This document shows, one piece after another, positions 24,345 to 32,386 of a stretch of 60,616 nt of DNA. This DNA is from a virus. The stretch's first letter is position 1, and each line of letters starts with the position of its first letter. The notes below the pieces were generated by a model. It did no database searches. It was not told the origin of the DNA and saw nothing but the letters and a program-made list of their open reading frames with translations. Position numbers and translations under genes: made by a program. Location: positions 1 through 60,616 of IMG/VR virus record IMGVR_UViG_3300033417_000008. One strand, given 5' to 3'.

Positions 24345-24503
24345 TCAGCTTCCTTTCTTCGTCGGCGGGATCAGGCGGCCGCCGAGCTTGACGGTTTGAC
24401 GGCGGACCAGGTGACGCGCGATGCGCTCTGGGTTGCCGCTCGCGATGTGCCTGGCCGTGTTCGCCAGGCCCAACAGGCGGTAAAGGCTGCGGATGAGGTT
24501 CAT
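24345..24503 (-). CDS. hypothetical 52-aa basic protein
   Basis: 'MNLIRSLYRLLGLANTARHIASGNPERIARHLVRRQTVKLGGRLIPPTKKGS'; ATGA overlap upstream; below the ORF-track cutoff. Confidence 0.4.
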   Translation of the reverse strand: MNLIRSLYRLLGLANTARHIASGNPERIARHLVRRQTVKLGGRLIPPTKKGS

Positions 24504-24760
24504 GACGCCTCCTGGACGATGTAGGTCGCGCTACAGGTGTAGGCGTTGCCGCCGTGGAACCAGTAGCCTAGCTGGACATGGGACGTGTTTCCGCCCGGGA
24601 AACGATGCTCGACGGCTAGCTCGTTGTACCGACGCGAGCACCCGAGGCTGTGCAGGGCGCGGATAATCGCCCCTGCGCGGTCGGTTCGGTATCGCACTGG
24701 CTCGCTCCATTCGATCTGATCAACTCGGCGAGCTCGGATTGTGTACATCGTCCTCTCCAT
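24500..24760 (-). CDS. hypothetical protein
   Basis: 86 aa ORF-track ORF. Confidence 0.5.
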   Translation of the reverse strand: MERTMYTIRARRVDQIEWSEPVRYRTDRAGAIIRALHSLGCSRRYNELAVEHRFPGGNTSHVQLGYWFHGGNAYTCSATYIVQEAS

Positions 24761-24823
24761 CGGCCTGGCTCATTCAGCGCCGGGCGGCCATTCCCGGTCG
24801 GACGCCTCGAGGGGCGTTTCGCC

Positions 24824-25174
24824 CTAGCTGATGCGTCCCGTCCGGTACCCCTCGGCCTCGCGGGCGCAGCGGCCGAAGAGCGCGGGCGCCTCGGGCTCGG
24901 GCAACCAAGACTCTTTAGATGGAGGACAGGTGCTCGGGTACATCGCATCGGGCACCTGCGCGACGGGCGCAGCGCTCAGCCGATCATTCTCGGCGGCCTG
25001 AGCGGCGACGGCCAGATGACGGCAGGTGCCGCGGTACTGGAACCCCTTGCACGAGCACCGACCACCCTCGACGACGTTCCACTCGCCTGGGGCCGACTTG
25101 CTCGCGACCAACGTCGCTGGCCCGATGAAGATCGCTTGCTCGCTAGTCGCGATAGTCTGGGTCTTCAGTGTCAT
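24824..25174 (-). CDS. SWIM zinc-finger protein
   Basis: 'CSCKGFQYRGTCRHL' (CxCxnCxH). Confidence 0.65.
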   Translation of the reverse strand: MTLKTQTIATSEQAIFIGPATLVASKSAPGEWNVVEGGRCSCKGFQYRGTCRHLAVAAQAAENDRLSAAPVAQVPDAMYPSTCPPSKESWLPEPEAPALFGRCAREAEGYRTGRIS

Positions 25175-25203
25175 GGTCTCACCCCCATCTCTCTGCGTGC
25201 TCT

Positions 25204-25233
25204 ATTCTACGCCAAGCGCTTGAGGGATAGCAA
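25204..25233 (-). promoter_or_regulatory. leftward sigma70-like promoter TTGCTA-N18-TAGAAT
   Basis: Minus-strand reading of the divergent gap, ~30 nt upstream of the SWIM gene ATG. Confidence 0.5.
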
Positions 25234-25287
25234 GGGAAAAGAGCGCCCAAACCACGAGAATCGGGCAGTCCTGCCGCCATGCGCTTG

Positions 25288-25296
25288 TGCTAGAAT
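25288..25296 (+). promoter_or_regulatory. rightward extended -10 promoter TGCTAGAAT
   Basis: 'gcttgTGCTAGAATcagc' at the head of the long rightward gene array. Confidence 0.5.
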
Positions 25297-25329
25297 CAGC
25301 GCATGGAAGCAGGCCGGGATGGAGGATCG

Positions 25330-25509
25330 ATGCGGGCGGATGAGATGGCGCGGGCCAGACGCCGTGAGGAGCGGGCCTGCCCGGTGTGCGGGCAGCGAAA
25401 ACCGATGCTCGCCTGGCAAAAGTATTGCTCGGCGAACTGCCTGGCCCGGGCGGGCTACCGCAGGCGGGCGGGGCGCCCAATCGCCGACAGGGCGAAGGCC
25501 ACAGAATAG
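25330..25509 (+). CDS. small zinc-ribbon protein
   Basis: ATG after GGAGGA; 'CPVCGQRKPMLAWQKYCSANCLARAGYRRR'; ORF track start 25303. Confidence 0.5.
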   Translation: MRADEMARARRREERACPVCGQRKPMLAWQKYCSANCLARAGYRRRAGRPIADRAKATE

Positions 25510-25512
25510 CAC

Positions 25513-25549
25513 GATGCCCGCCCCCGCCATGCCAGGAGGGACGGGCATC
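25513..25549 (+). other. intergenic stem-loop after the first early gene (no T-tract)
   Basis: 'GATGCCCG'-21 nt-'CGGGCATC', with further C/G pairing inside the loop. Confidence 0.35.
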
Positions 25550-25567
25550 AGAAAGGAAGACAGAACC

Positions 25568-25927
25568 ATGATATCAGATTCACCGCGCATGGTCCTCGAC
25601 AACGAGTCGTCGGCCTATCGATCCACCCCGCCGACCCCATCGGCGGTGCATGTCGAGTGGCGAACCTACCGCAGCCGCGGCCACGAGTACCGCGAGCCGG
25701 TGATTGCATTCACTGAGCCCGGATTCGGCGGCCACCGCTTTGAGCGTGCATACCGCGCCTCGCAGCTCACCCGTCTGCGCCGAATCCGCCTGGGGTGGAT
25801 CGTCGAGTCCGTCGAGCAGTGGGGCGACGAAAGCCGCGCGGTTGCCGAATCTCGACGTGTGCTGGCCCGCCTCGATAAATGGATAGCCATGCTCGCCGAG
25901 ACGCGAGCGGCAGGGGAGGGGATCTGA
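25568..25927 (+). CDS. hypothetical protein
   Basis: ATG after GAAAGGAAG; only the 3' 119 codons of ORF 24650..25927 are taken as coding. Confidence 0.5.
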   Translation: MISDSPRMVLDNESSAYRSTPPTPSAVHVEWRTYRSRGHEYREPVIAFTEPGFGGHRFERAYRASQLTRLRRIRLGWIVESVEQWGDESRAVAESRRVLARLDKWIAMLAETRAAGEGI

Positions 25928-26169
25928 TGGATGAGGTGGACCCGGTATTTCAGGCGACGTTCGCCAGCGCGGTGCGCGAGCATTGGGAGCGGCTGGAGGA
26001 AATTCGGCATCAGGTGGCACTGGAGGCAGAGCGGCGGTGGAGTCCGTGGGGGTATCGAACGACGGGACGCCGACTGGCGGCTATCGAGCTCGCAATGTGG
26101 ATAGCGGAGCAATTGATCGATAAGCCATCAGAATTACCAAGATCGGATGATGCAAATTATGTCCCGTAG
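25927..26169 (+). CDS. hypothetical protein
   Basis: TGATG junction; 'MDEVDPVFQATF..'. Confidence 0.5.
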   Translation: MDEVDPVFQATFASAVREHWERLEEIRHQVALEAERRWSPWGYRTTGRRLAAIELAMWIAEQLIDKPSELPRSDDANYVP

Positions 26170-26332
26170 TCCCACGACCACATATGCGGCGATGTGCGAT
26201 CTCTGCGGCATAGAGATACGAGATACACCACTGCGTCGGTTGCCTCCCGGATGGTATCGCCTGACCCGGGACGACGGGCTGATATGGGTGTTTTGCGGGG
26301 TTCGCTGCCTCGAACGATTCGCCCATGGCTGA
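26147..26332 (+). CDS. small Cys-containing protein
   Basis: 61 aa; 'CDLCG...FCGVRC'. Confidence 0.45.
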   Translation: MMQIMSRSPTTTYAAMCDLCGIEIRDTPLRRLPPGWYRLTRDDGLIWVFCGVRCLERFAHG

Positions 26333-26510
26333 CTTCTTCATGCGACCATGCCCCGTCTGTGGAGCCGAGCGCGTCGAGCGAGTCAACAACGCCTCGGGCG
26401 TGCCGTTTCTCGGCTGCTCCAGATGGCCTGACTGCAAATGGACATCTCCGCTCCCTGCCGATGTGCTCTTGAGGCGGCAGGGGGCGCAAACACTGCCGGG
26501 GTTTGAATAA
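26325..26510 (+). CDS. topoisomerase-type C4 zinc-finger protein
   Basis: 'CPVCGAERVERVNNASGVPFLGCSRWPDCKW'. Confidence 0.55.
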   Translation: MADFFMRPCPVCGAERVERVNNASGVPFLGCSRWPDCKWTSPLPADVLLRRQGAQTLPGFE

Positions 26511-26776
26511 TGATGGTCTGGCGTCTGTGCCCAGGCGGAGGGAGGCCGATTCACGAGTACGACTGGCTGGCAACGACTGGCGCAACCACGCGGATTGGCC
26601 GCTGCCCTGACTGCTGGCACTGGGTGCGGGTTACTACGGATACGCGTGGCTGGTACCTCACACATGCCCATCAACGCGAGGTGCCCGCCGAAGAGGGGAC
26701 ACGGGAGAGCGACGAGGCCATCATCGCCGACGTTCGTCAGGCGGTCGAGAGGGTGTGGCCGAAGGAGGATGGATGA
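26510..26776 (+). CDS. hypothetical protein
   Basis: 88 aa; TAATG junction. Confidence 0.5.
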   Translation: MMVWRLCPGGGRPIHEYDWLATTGATTRIGRCPDCWHWVRVTTDTRGWYLTHAHQREVPAEEGTRESDEAIIADVRQAVERVWPKEDG

Positions 26777-26873
26777 CCGAACGATTGATGGTATGGACGG
26801 GGTCATGTTCGCGCTGATCTTCGTCTCCTTTTCAGCGTTGCTCACGTTGATCATCGCGGAGGCATTGGAGTGA
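26769..26873 (+). CDS. 34-aa single-TM micropeptide
   Basis: 'MDDRTIDGMDGVMFALIFVSFSALLTLIIAEALE'; its stop forms GTGA with the next gene. Confidence 0.3.
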   Translation: MDDRTIDGMDGVMFALIFVSFSALLTLIIAEALE

Positions 26874-27253
26874 GAGTCCTGGCGGTCGGTGAGCTGGTGG
26901 TCATATCGAACGGGACCTACGACGACTACGAGTCGGTGGCACTCGCGCGGGTGCTGAGGCCGCTGTCGAAAGAGCAGTTGGTGCAGGCCTACCCCCGAGA
27001 TCAGGGGATGTCCGAGGTTGAGATCGTCGGCTGGCTGGTCGAGCAGGGCTACGTCGAGATCGTCGAAGCGGCAGAACTGCATCTCCTAAGTTTCGGGGCA
27101 TGGTCCGATGATGAGGTGAACGATTCAGCCAGCATCATGCGCTGCTCGGCATGCGGGAAGTGGTGCACCGCTCTCGATAGAGACGCGCCTAACGCGGGGC
27201 TGTGTTGGCGGTGCAGCATAGACAGGGATGCAAAGGCGAGGGGGGCGAAGTGA
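26870..27253 (+). CDS. hypothetical protein, tandem paralogue 1 (C-terminal zinc ribbon)
   Basis: 'GTYDDYESVALARVLRP..EIVGWLVEQGYVEIVEAAELHLLSFGAWSDDE..MRCSACGKW..CWRC'. Confidence 0.6.
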   Translation: MRVLAVGELVVISNGTYDDYESVALARVLRPLSKEQLVQAYPRDQGMSEVEIVGWLVEQGYVEIVEAAELHLLSFGAWSDDEVNDSASIMRCSACGKWCTALDRDAPNAGLCWRCSIDRDAKARGAK

Positions 27254-27408
27254 CTGCAAAACGCAAGGGAGCACACGGACCAGCGTACGCCGCACAGGCG
27301 CTACGGACCGCGGCCAACAAGCAGCGTCGGGCACTGGCGCATGGGGGCGTGGCCCGGGGATGCCGACGCCCGAAGGCCGGCAAGAAGAAGGCAGGGAGGG
27401 TGACGTGA
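27250..27408 (+). CDS. hypothetical 52-aa basic protein
   Basis: GTGA overlaps at both ends; K/R/A-rich. Confidence 0.3.
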   Translation: MTAKRKGAHGPAYAAQALRTAANKQRRALAHGGVARGCRRPKAGKKKAGRVT

Positions 27409-27779
27409 GGGAGCTTCGAGAGGGTGACCTGCTCGTACTGTCGCGTGGGAACTACGACGACTACGAAACGCTGGCTCTCGCCCGAGTGCTGAAGCCCTTC
27501 ACGCGAGAGCAGCTCAAGGGGTCCTATCCTCGACAGGTGAGGTATGACGACCTTGAGATCATCGGCTGGCTGGTCGACAACGGCTATGTCGAGATCACGG
27601 GCGCTGCCGAGTTGCACTTGCTCATTTACGGGGCATGGTCGGATGAGGAGATGGGTGATTTTGCCAGCGTCATGCGTTGCTCGAAGTGCAACGAGTGGGC
27701 ACGGGCGCTTGACCGCGACGATGGGGATGACACCATGTGCAGGCGGTGCAATATGAAGGCGAAGGCGAAAGGCCGATGA
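27405..27779 (+). CDS. hypothetical protein, tandem paralogue 2
   Basis: 'GNYDDYETLALARVLKP..EIIGWLVDNGYVEITGAAELHLLIYGAWSDEE..MRCSKCNEW..CRRC'; ORF track start 27228. Confidence 0.6.
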   Translation: MRELREGDLLVLSRGNYDDYETLALARVLKPFTREQLKGSYPRQVRYDDLEIIGWLVDNGYVEITGAAELHLLIYGAWSDEEMGDFASVMRCSKCNEWARALDRDDGDDTMCRRCNMKAKAKGR

Positions 27780-28006
27780 TCAAGCGCGATGAACTAGCAG
27801 ATCCGAACAGCTGCCTGAACAAGGCGGCGGATGATGAGCCGATCTTTGTGCTCCGCGCCCAGGACTTTCTGGCTCCCGCGGCGGTCACTCGTTGGCTCCA
27901 CCTGGCTTACGTGAATGGCGCCATGCTGGGTACGGCGAGGAGGGCGGAGGCACAGGCGGTGGTTGCTGCGATGGAATCATGGCCCACCCGAAAGCTGCCG
28001 GACTGA
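27776..28006 (+). CDS. hypothetical protein
   Basis: ATGA overlap; 'MIKRDELADPNSCLNKAADDEPIFVLRAQD'. Confidence 0.5.
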   Translation: MIKRDELADPNSCLNKAADDEPIFVLRAQDFLAPAAVTRWLHLAYVNGAMLGTARRAEAQAVVAAMESWPTRKLPD

Positions 28007-28095
28007 TGGGCGTGGCCCACGCGAGCGCATTTCTCACGGCATGTTGCTTCCTGGTCTTTGCCGTCCTCCTTGCCATAGCGCTGCTGACACAATGA
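28006..28095 (+). CDS. 29-aa single-TM micropeptide
   Basis: 'MGVAHASAFLTACCFLVFAVLLAIALLTQ'; TGATG and ATGA junctions. Confidence 0.35.
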   Translation: MGVAHASAFLTACCFLVFAVLLAIALLTQ

Positions 28096-28250
28096 ACCGC
28101 CATCCATCGCCACCCCCACCCGTCGGGACCCGCACGGTGAGCTGCGGCTGCGGGGCCGTGCGGCGAGTGATCGACTCACGAGCCATCTGGTCCGTCGAGC
28201 GGGACGCAATCAACACCTGTAAAGCTGAGTGCGAGGGGTGTAGAGGATGA
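28092..28250 (+). CDS. hypothetical 52-aa Cys-rich protein
   Basis: 'MNRHPSPPPPVGTRTVSCGCG...CKAECEGC'. Confidence 0.4.
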   Translation: MNRHPSPPPPVGTRTVSCGCGAVRRVIDSRAIWSVERDAINTCKAECEGCRG

Positions 28251-28576
28251 CCGCTGAGGATCGCGAGGGGGTGCGCGTGTACCGAGACGCAACCGACGCC
28301 GAGGTCTCTCTGCTCGAAGGCTTCCGGGTCCTCTGCATGTTAAATGGTGTCGGTGGGAGCGAAAATCGCGTGACCGGGGAATGGTGGTATCGCTATCAAT
28401 ACAGCTACACAGACGATGCTCACTACATTTGCGCCACGAGGGAGATGGACAACGACGAGGTCAGGGCATGGATACGCACGATTTATGCCAAGCCTCATCG
28501 TTACCGCCCAGGAGCTCCCGGTGGACTCTGTGCCTTCTGCGAGCAGAGCGAACAGGCCGGTCCTCATGACCACTGA
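28247..28576 (+). CDS. hypothetical protein
   Basis: 109 aa ORF-track ORF. Confidence 0.5.
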   Translation: MTAEDREGVRVYRDATDAEVSLLEGFRVLCMLNGVGGSENRVTGEWWYRYQYSYTDDAHYICATREMDNDEVRAWIRTIYAKPHRYRPGAPGGLCAFCEQSEQAGPHDH

Positions 28577-28676
28577 GGACCATGAGGGGGTTCGCATGTT
28601 CGCCGAGACGATGATCTGGTGCGCGCTGTGGCTCGTGGTGCTGGCGCCGATAGCGTGGCTCATGGGAGGGCTGTAA
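28566..28676 (+). CDS. 36-aa single-TM micropeptide
   Basis: 'MTTEDHEGVRMFAETMIWCALWLVVLAPIAWLMGGL'. Confidence 0.35.
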   Translation: MTTEDHEGVRMFAETMIWCALWLVVLAPIAWLMGGL

Positions 28677-28876
28677 TGAGGTACGAATCGACCACGTTCA
28701 TCTGCGACAAGTGCGGTATCGAGGAGTCGGCAGAGGCCGGCGATACCCCACCGGGTTGGGACTGCCACGGCGAGGACCAGGACGAGGACGCTTGGGACAT
28801 CTGCCTCAAGTGTGCCTGGCCAGAGTCGCGGTTGAGGGCGGCTAGACAGAAGGAGCAACAGCATGACCCGCGCTGA
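28676..28876 (+). CDS. small zinc-ribbon protein
   Basis: 'CDKCG....CLKC'; TAATG junction. Confidence 0.45.
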   Translation: MRYESTTFICDKCGIEESAEAGDTPPGWDCHGEDQDEDAWDICLKCAWPESRLRAARQKEQQHDPR

Positions 28877-29078
28877 GCTGCTGGAGGCGCTGAGCGAGCA
28901 GTGCGCGGAGTGCGGGCACCCACTGGGGCTACACATCACCGTCACTATGGGAGGGATCGTTGTTATCGAATGGTGCCGTGCTGGTCCGCTCGCCTGTCAC
29001 TGCGGCAACTTTGTATCTGCATCCGATAGACGCGAGAGGTTGTGGCGACGCGCACTTGACGGGCCGGCAGTCGGATGA
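28863..29078 (+). CDS. Cys/His-rich small protein, cassette gene A copy 1
   Basis: 'MTRAELLEALSEQCAECGHPLGLH..WC..CHCGNFVSA..DGPAVG'. Confidence 0.6.
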   Translation: MTRAELLEALSEQCAECGHPLGLHITVTMGGIVVIEWCRAGPLACHCGNFVSASDRRERLWRRALDGPAVG

Positions 29079-29344
29079 CCGTGCACATCTCGCGTGACGA
29101 AAACGGCGGCGCCCAATCCGTTATCGACGCATACATGGTCGAGGGAGCGCTCCGTCGACTGGGAGTCGAGCACGACGTGGCTGTGGAGTATGCTGCGCTG
29201 GACCTGCGGCTCGTGCGGCTGGAGCTGATTCGGCTCCTCAACACAGGATCACCCGTACCGAGTGTCTTCGGGCTGCTGGACGCGAAGCTCGACCCGTGGG
29301 CTCATCTGACCAGCATCGCGCGGTTGAATGGAGTGGGGAAATGA
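29075..29344 (+). CDS. cassette gene B copy 1
   Basis: 89 aa; 'ALRRLGVEHDV..LDLRLVRLELIRLLNTGSPVPSVF..DPWAHLTSIARLNGV'; ATGA-coupled to gene A. Confidence 0.6.
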   Translation: MTVHISRDENGGAQSVIDAYMVEGALRRLGVEHDVAVEYAALDLRLVRLELIRLLNTGSPVPSVFGLLDAKLDPWAHLTSIARLNGVGK

Positions 29345-29454
29345 CACATCGAGGTTGGCTTGCGGTGGGGCTGGCCGTCCAGCTCGTGTGGCAGGCGCTT
29401 GTGGGCATCGGCTACGCCAAACTCGTCATCGCCGTCGTACAGTGGCCGACGTGA
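29341..29454 (+). CDS. 37-aa single-TM micropeptide
   Basis: 'MTHRGWLAVGLAVQLVWQALVGIGYAKLVIAVVQWPT'; ATGA upstream and GTGA downstream overlaps. Confidence 0.35.
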   Translation: MTHRGWLAVGLAVQLVWQALVGIGYAKLVIAVVQWPT

Positions 29455-30833
29455 GGCAGGACTATCAAGCGTTCCTCCACGCCAAAGCGCAGCGGGGCTC
29501 GGAATCTGGTTTTGCGCCACTCTGGTTGCCGGATAGCCTGTTCGACTTTCAGTTGGCCTTGACCGAGTGGGCGATCCGACAGGGACGATGCCTCATCGCG
29601 GCGGACTGTGGGCTAGGCAAGACCCCGATGCAGCTCGTGTGGGCGCAGAACGTGGTTGAGCAAACCAATCGATCTGTCCTCATCCTGACTCCGCTGGCCG
29701 TATCGCATCAGACGATCCGCGAGGCTGACAAATTTGGGGTGCCAGCAGTGCGACTTGGAGACGGCTGTCCAGATCGGCCGATGGTTGCGGTAACGAACTA
29801 CGAGAAGCTCGCTCACTTCGACCCTGCGGACTACGCGGGCGTTGTATGCGACGAGTCCAGCGTTCTGAAAGCATTCAGCGGGGTACGGCGAGCCCAGATC
29901 ACGGAGTTTCTGCGCACGGTCCCTTATCGCTCGTTATGGACTGCGACTGCTGCGCCGAACGACTACATCGAACTAGGCACATCGTCCGAGGCGCTCGGCG
30001 AATTGGGCTACATGGACATGCTCGGGCAGTTTTTCGTCAACGACCAGAAAACGTCGGCCACTCGCCGCTACCACGGGATGATGCCGAAGTGGCGATTCAA
30101 GGGGCACGGGGCGTTGCCCTTCTGGCGATGGGTGGTCTCATGGGCTCGTGCTTGCCGCAAGCCATCAGACCTCGGATTCGATGATGGCTCGTTCAGCCTG
30201 CTGCCGCTCTGCGAACGTGAGCACGTGATCGAGGCGCGGACGCTGCCGCCAGGAGCGCTATTCCCACTGCCTGCCAAGGACATGCTAGAGGAACGTGAGG
30301 AGCGACGCCGAACAATCCCCGAGCGATGCGAAGCGGCTGCCGAGTTGGTCGCCAGGACAGGGCAGCCCGCAGTGATCTGGTGTCACCTGAACGATGAGGG
30401 GGACATGCTCGCTCGACTGATCGCTGATGGTCAGCAGATCAGCGGGCAGGACTCAGACGAACGGAAAGAGGAGCTGTACGAAGCATTCAGCTCGGGCCAA
30501 CTACGAGTCCTGATCACAAAGCCAAAAATAGGAGCGTGGGGTCTGAACTGGCAACATTGCTCGCACGTCGTGTCCTTCGCCTCGCACAGTTACGAGCAGT
30601 ATTACCAATCGGTCCGTCGCTGTTGGCGATTCGGCCAGGAGCACCCTGTCATTGTAGACATGATCGCTTCAGAGGGCGAACAAGGTATCAAAGACAACCT
30701 CGCGAGGAAGTCGAAACAGGCAGATGAGATGTTCACGCAGCTTATAGCTCACATGGGCGAGGCCGCTCGCTCGGCACGCACAGAGTACGCAAAGATAGAG
30801 GAGATGCCATCGTGGCTGTCGCCGACCAACTGA
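29451..30833 (+). CDS. SNF2-family helicase
   Basis: 'AADCGLGKT' (I), 'VVCDESSVLK' (II), 'LWTATAAPN' (III), 'QSVRRCWRFGQ' (VI); ORF track start 29328. Confidence 0.85.
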   Translation: MRQDYQAFLHAKAQRGSESGFAPLWLPDSLFDFQLALTEWAIRQGRCLIAADCGLGKTPMQLVWAQNVVEQTNRSVLILTPLAVSHQTIREADKFGVPAVRLGDGCPDRPMVAVTNYEKLAHFDPADYAGVVCDESSVLKAFSGVRRAQITEFLRTVPYRSLWTATAAPNDYIELGTSSEALGELGYMDMLGQFFVNDQKTSATRRYHGMMPKWRFKGHGALPFWRWVVSWARACRKPSDLGFDDGSFSLLPLCEREHVIEARTLPPGALFPLPAKDMLEEREERRRTIPERCEAAAELVARTGQPAVIWCHLNDEGDMLARLIADGQQISGQDSDERKEELYEAFSSGQLRVLITKPKIGAWGLNWQHCSHVVSFASHSYEQYYQSVRRCWRFGQEHPVIVDMIASEGEQGIKDNLARKSKQADEMFTQLIAHMGEAARSARTEYAKIEEMPSWLSPTN

Positions 30834-31783
30834 TCACCGACCAATACGCGCTCTACAACGGTGACTGCCTGGAGGTCATGCATACCCTCCCTGGCCAATC
30901 GATACATCTGTCGCTTTACTCGCCTCCGTTCGCGGGGCTCTATCACTACAGCTCGTCCGACCGCGATCTGTCCAATGCGCGCGACTACGGTGAGTTCCTG
31001 ACTCACTACGAGTTCGTCATCGCGGAAATCGCACGGCTCACCATGCCTGGCCGTATGACGGCGGTCCATTGCATGGATGTCCCGAGCGGGAATACTGGCC
31101 TCGATCACCTGCTCGACTTTCCAGGTGACATCATCCGTTCTCATGCGAGGTTTGGCTTCCGCTACGTGGCGCGCTACCACGTGTGGAAAGATGCGCTGAT
31201 GGTTCGCAATCGCACCATGACCAAGGCTCTCGCTCACAAGTCTATCGTGGAGGACTCCTCACGGTGCACGGTAGCCGGGGCCGACTACCTGTTGATCTTC
31301 CGACGCGACGGCGAGAACCCCGTACCGATCAAGCATCCTGAGGGGCTGACCTCATATGCTGGATCAGAGCATATGCCTGCCGAAATCCAGCGATACCGGA
31401 ACTGGAAAGGACCCCAGATCGAGAATCGATTCTCCCATTGGATTTGGCAGCGGTACGCATCGGCATTCTGGGACGACGTGCGGCCTGATCGGGTGTTGCC
31501 CTTCCGCCCCGCACGCGACGCGGAGGACGAGAAACACGTACACCCGCTTCAGCTCGACATCATCGATCGCGCAATCACGCTCTGGTCAAACCCTGGAGAG
31601 ATCGTGCTGACGCCGTTCCTCGGGGTTGGCTCCGAGGCATTTGGAGCCGTGTCAGCGGGACGGCGAGCGGTGGGCATCGAACTGAAGGAGTCGTACTATC
31701 GCCAGGCCGTGAAGAATCTTAGTGCTGTCAGGAGCGATGAATCGAATGTTGATCTATTCGCCATGGCCGGAATCGAGGTATGA
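30812..31783 (+). CDS. beta-class DNA methyltransferase, probably N4-cytosine (SPPF) type
   Basis: Motif IV 'LYSPPFAG' precedes motif I 'TPFLGVGSE'. Confidence 0.8.
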   Translation: MAVADQLITDQYALYNGDCLEVMHTLPGQSIHLSLYSPPFAGLYHYSSSDRDLSNARDYGEFLTHYEFVIAEIARLTMPGRMTAVHCMDVPSGNTGLDHLLDFPGDIIRSHARFGFRYVARYHVWKDALMVRNRTMTKALAHKSIVEDSSRCTVAGADYLLIFRRDGENPVPIKHPEGLTSYAGSEHMPAEIQRYRNWKGPQIENRFSHWIWQRYASAFWDDVRPDRVLPFRPARDAEDEKHVHPLQLDIIDRAITLWSNPGEIVLTPFLGVGSEAFGAVSAGRRAVGIELKESYYRQAVKNLSAVRSDESNVDLFAMAGIEV

Positions 31784-31965
31784 CCATCCGCATCGGCTGG
31801 AGCATCGCCCCTCATCGACGCCTCGGTTACATTGACGGACGACGCTTGCCCCCGATCCTCACGCGCTGCGCGAACGGGGTCGGAACCATGGGCCGGGGCG
31901 GGGTGCTGCTGCTCGGCCCGCTCATGCTCTGGTGGACGCGAGATGAGTACGAGGTGATGCTGTGA
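31780..31965 (+). CDS. hypothetical protein
   Basis: 61 aa; ATGA overlap. Confidence 0.4.
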   Translation: MTIRIGWSIAPHRRLGYIDGRRLPPILTRCANGVGTMGRGGVLLLGPLMLWWTRDEYEVML

Positions 31966-32153
31966 ACCGAGTGGAGTTGTTGGAGGCGCTGAGGGAGCCG
32001 TGCGCGCAATGTGGGGATGCGCTATGGCTGCACCTAGCGACAAGAGTCCTCGAAGTAGAGTGGTGTCGTTCATGTCCATGCGGCGCCTTCGTCTCAGACG
32101 GGGACGACGCTGAGATGGAGCGACCGTCGCTCGATATGCCGGCATTCGGATGA
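31962..32153 (+). CDS. Cys/His-rich small protein, cassette gene A copy 2
   Basis: 'MNRVELLEALREPCAQCGDALWLH..WCRSCPCGAFVS..DMPAFG'. Confidence 0.6.
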   Translation: MNRVELLEALREPCAQCGDALWLHLATRVLEVEWCRSCPCGAFVSDGDDAEMERPSLDMPAFG

Positions 32154-32386
32154 ATTATCCGCCATTGGATACGTACCTAGTGGCCATGGCCCTGCGACGG
32201 CAGAACGTCAGTCACGAGCAGGTCGTTGATGTGGATGCGGCAGAGCTTCGGCTACTGTGGATGGAGAGGATTCGGGCGCTCAACGCGGGCGAGCCGGTGG
32301 AAAGCGACAGCGCATTCCTCGTTGAGAAATGGGACCGATGGGCACACCTGGAGCGTATCGCAGCGCTCAACGGTGTCGTACAGTGA
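32150..32386 (+). CDS. cassette gene B copy 2
   Basis: 'ALRRQNVSHEQV..AELRLLWMERIRALNAGEPVESDSAF..DRWAHLERIAALNGV'. Confidence 0.6.
   Translation: MNYPPLDTYLVAMALRRQNVSHEQVVDVDAAELRLLWMERIRALNAGEPVESDSAFLVEKWDRWAHLERIAALNGVVQ

Noticed and set aside
24650-25927. 425-aa plus-strand ORF spanning the leftward genes, the divergent promoter gap and the early genes
   Set aside because: It runs antisense through the SWIM gene and across the promoter region. Only its last 119 codons (ATG 25568 with an RBS) look like a real gene.
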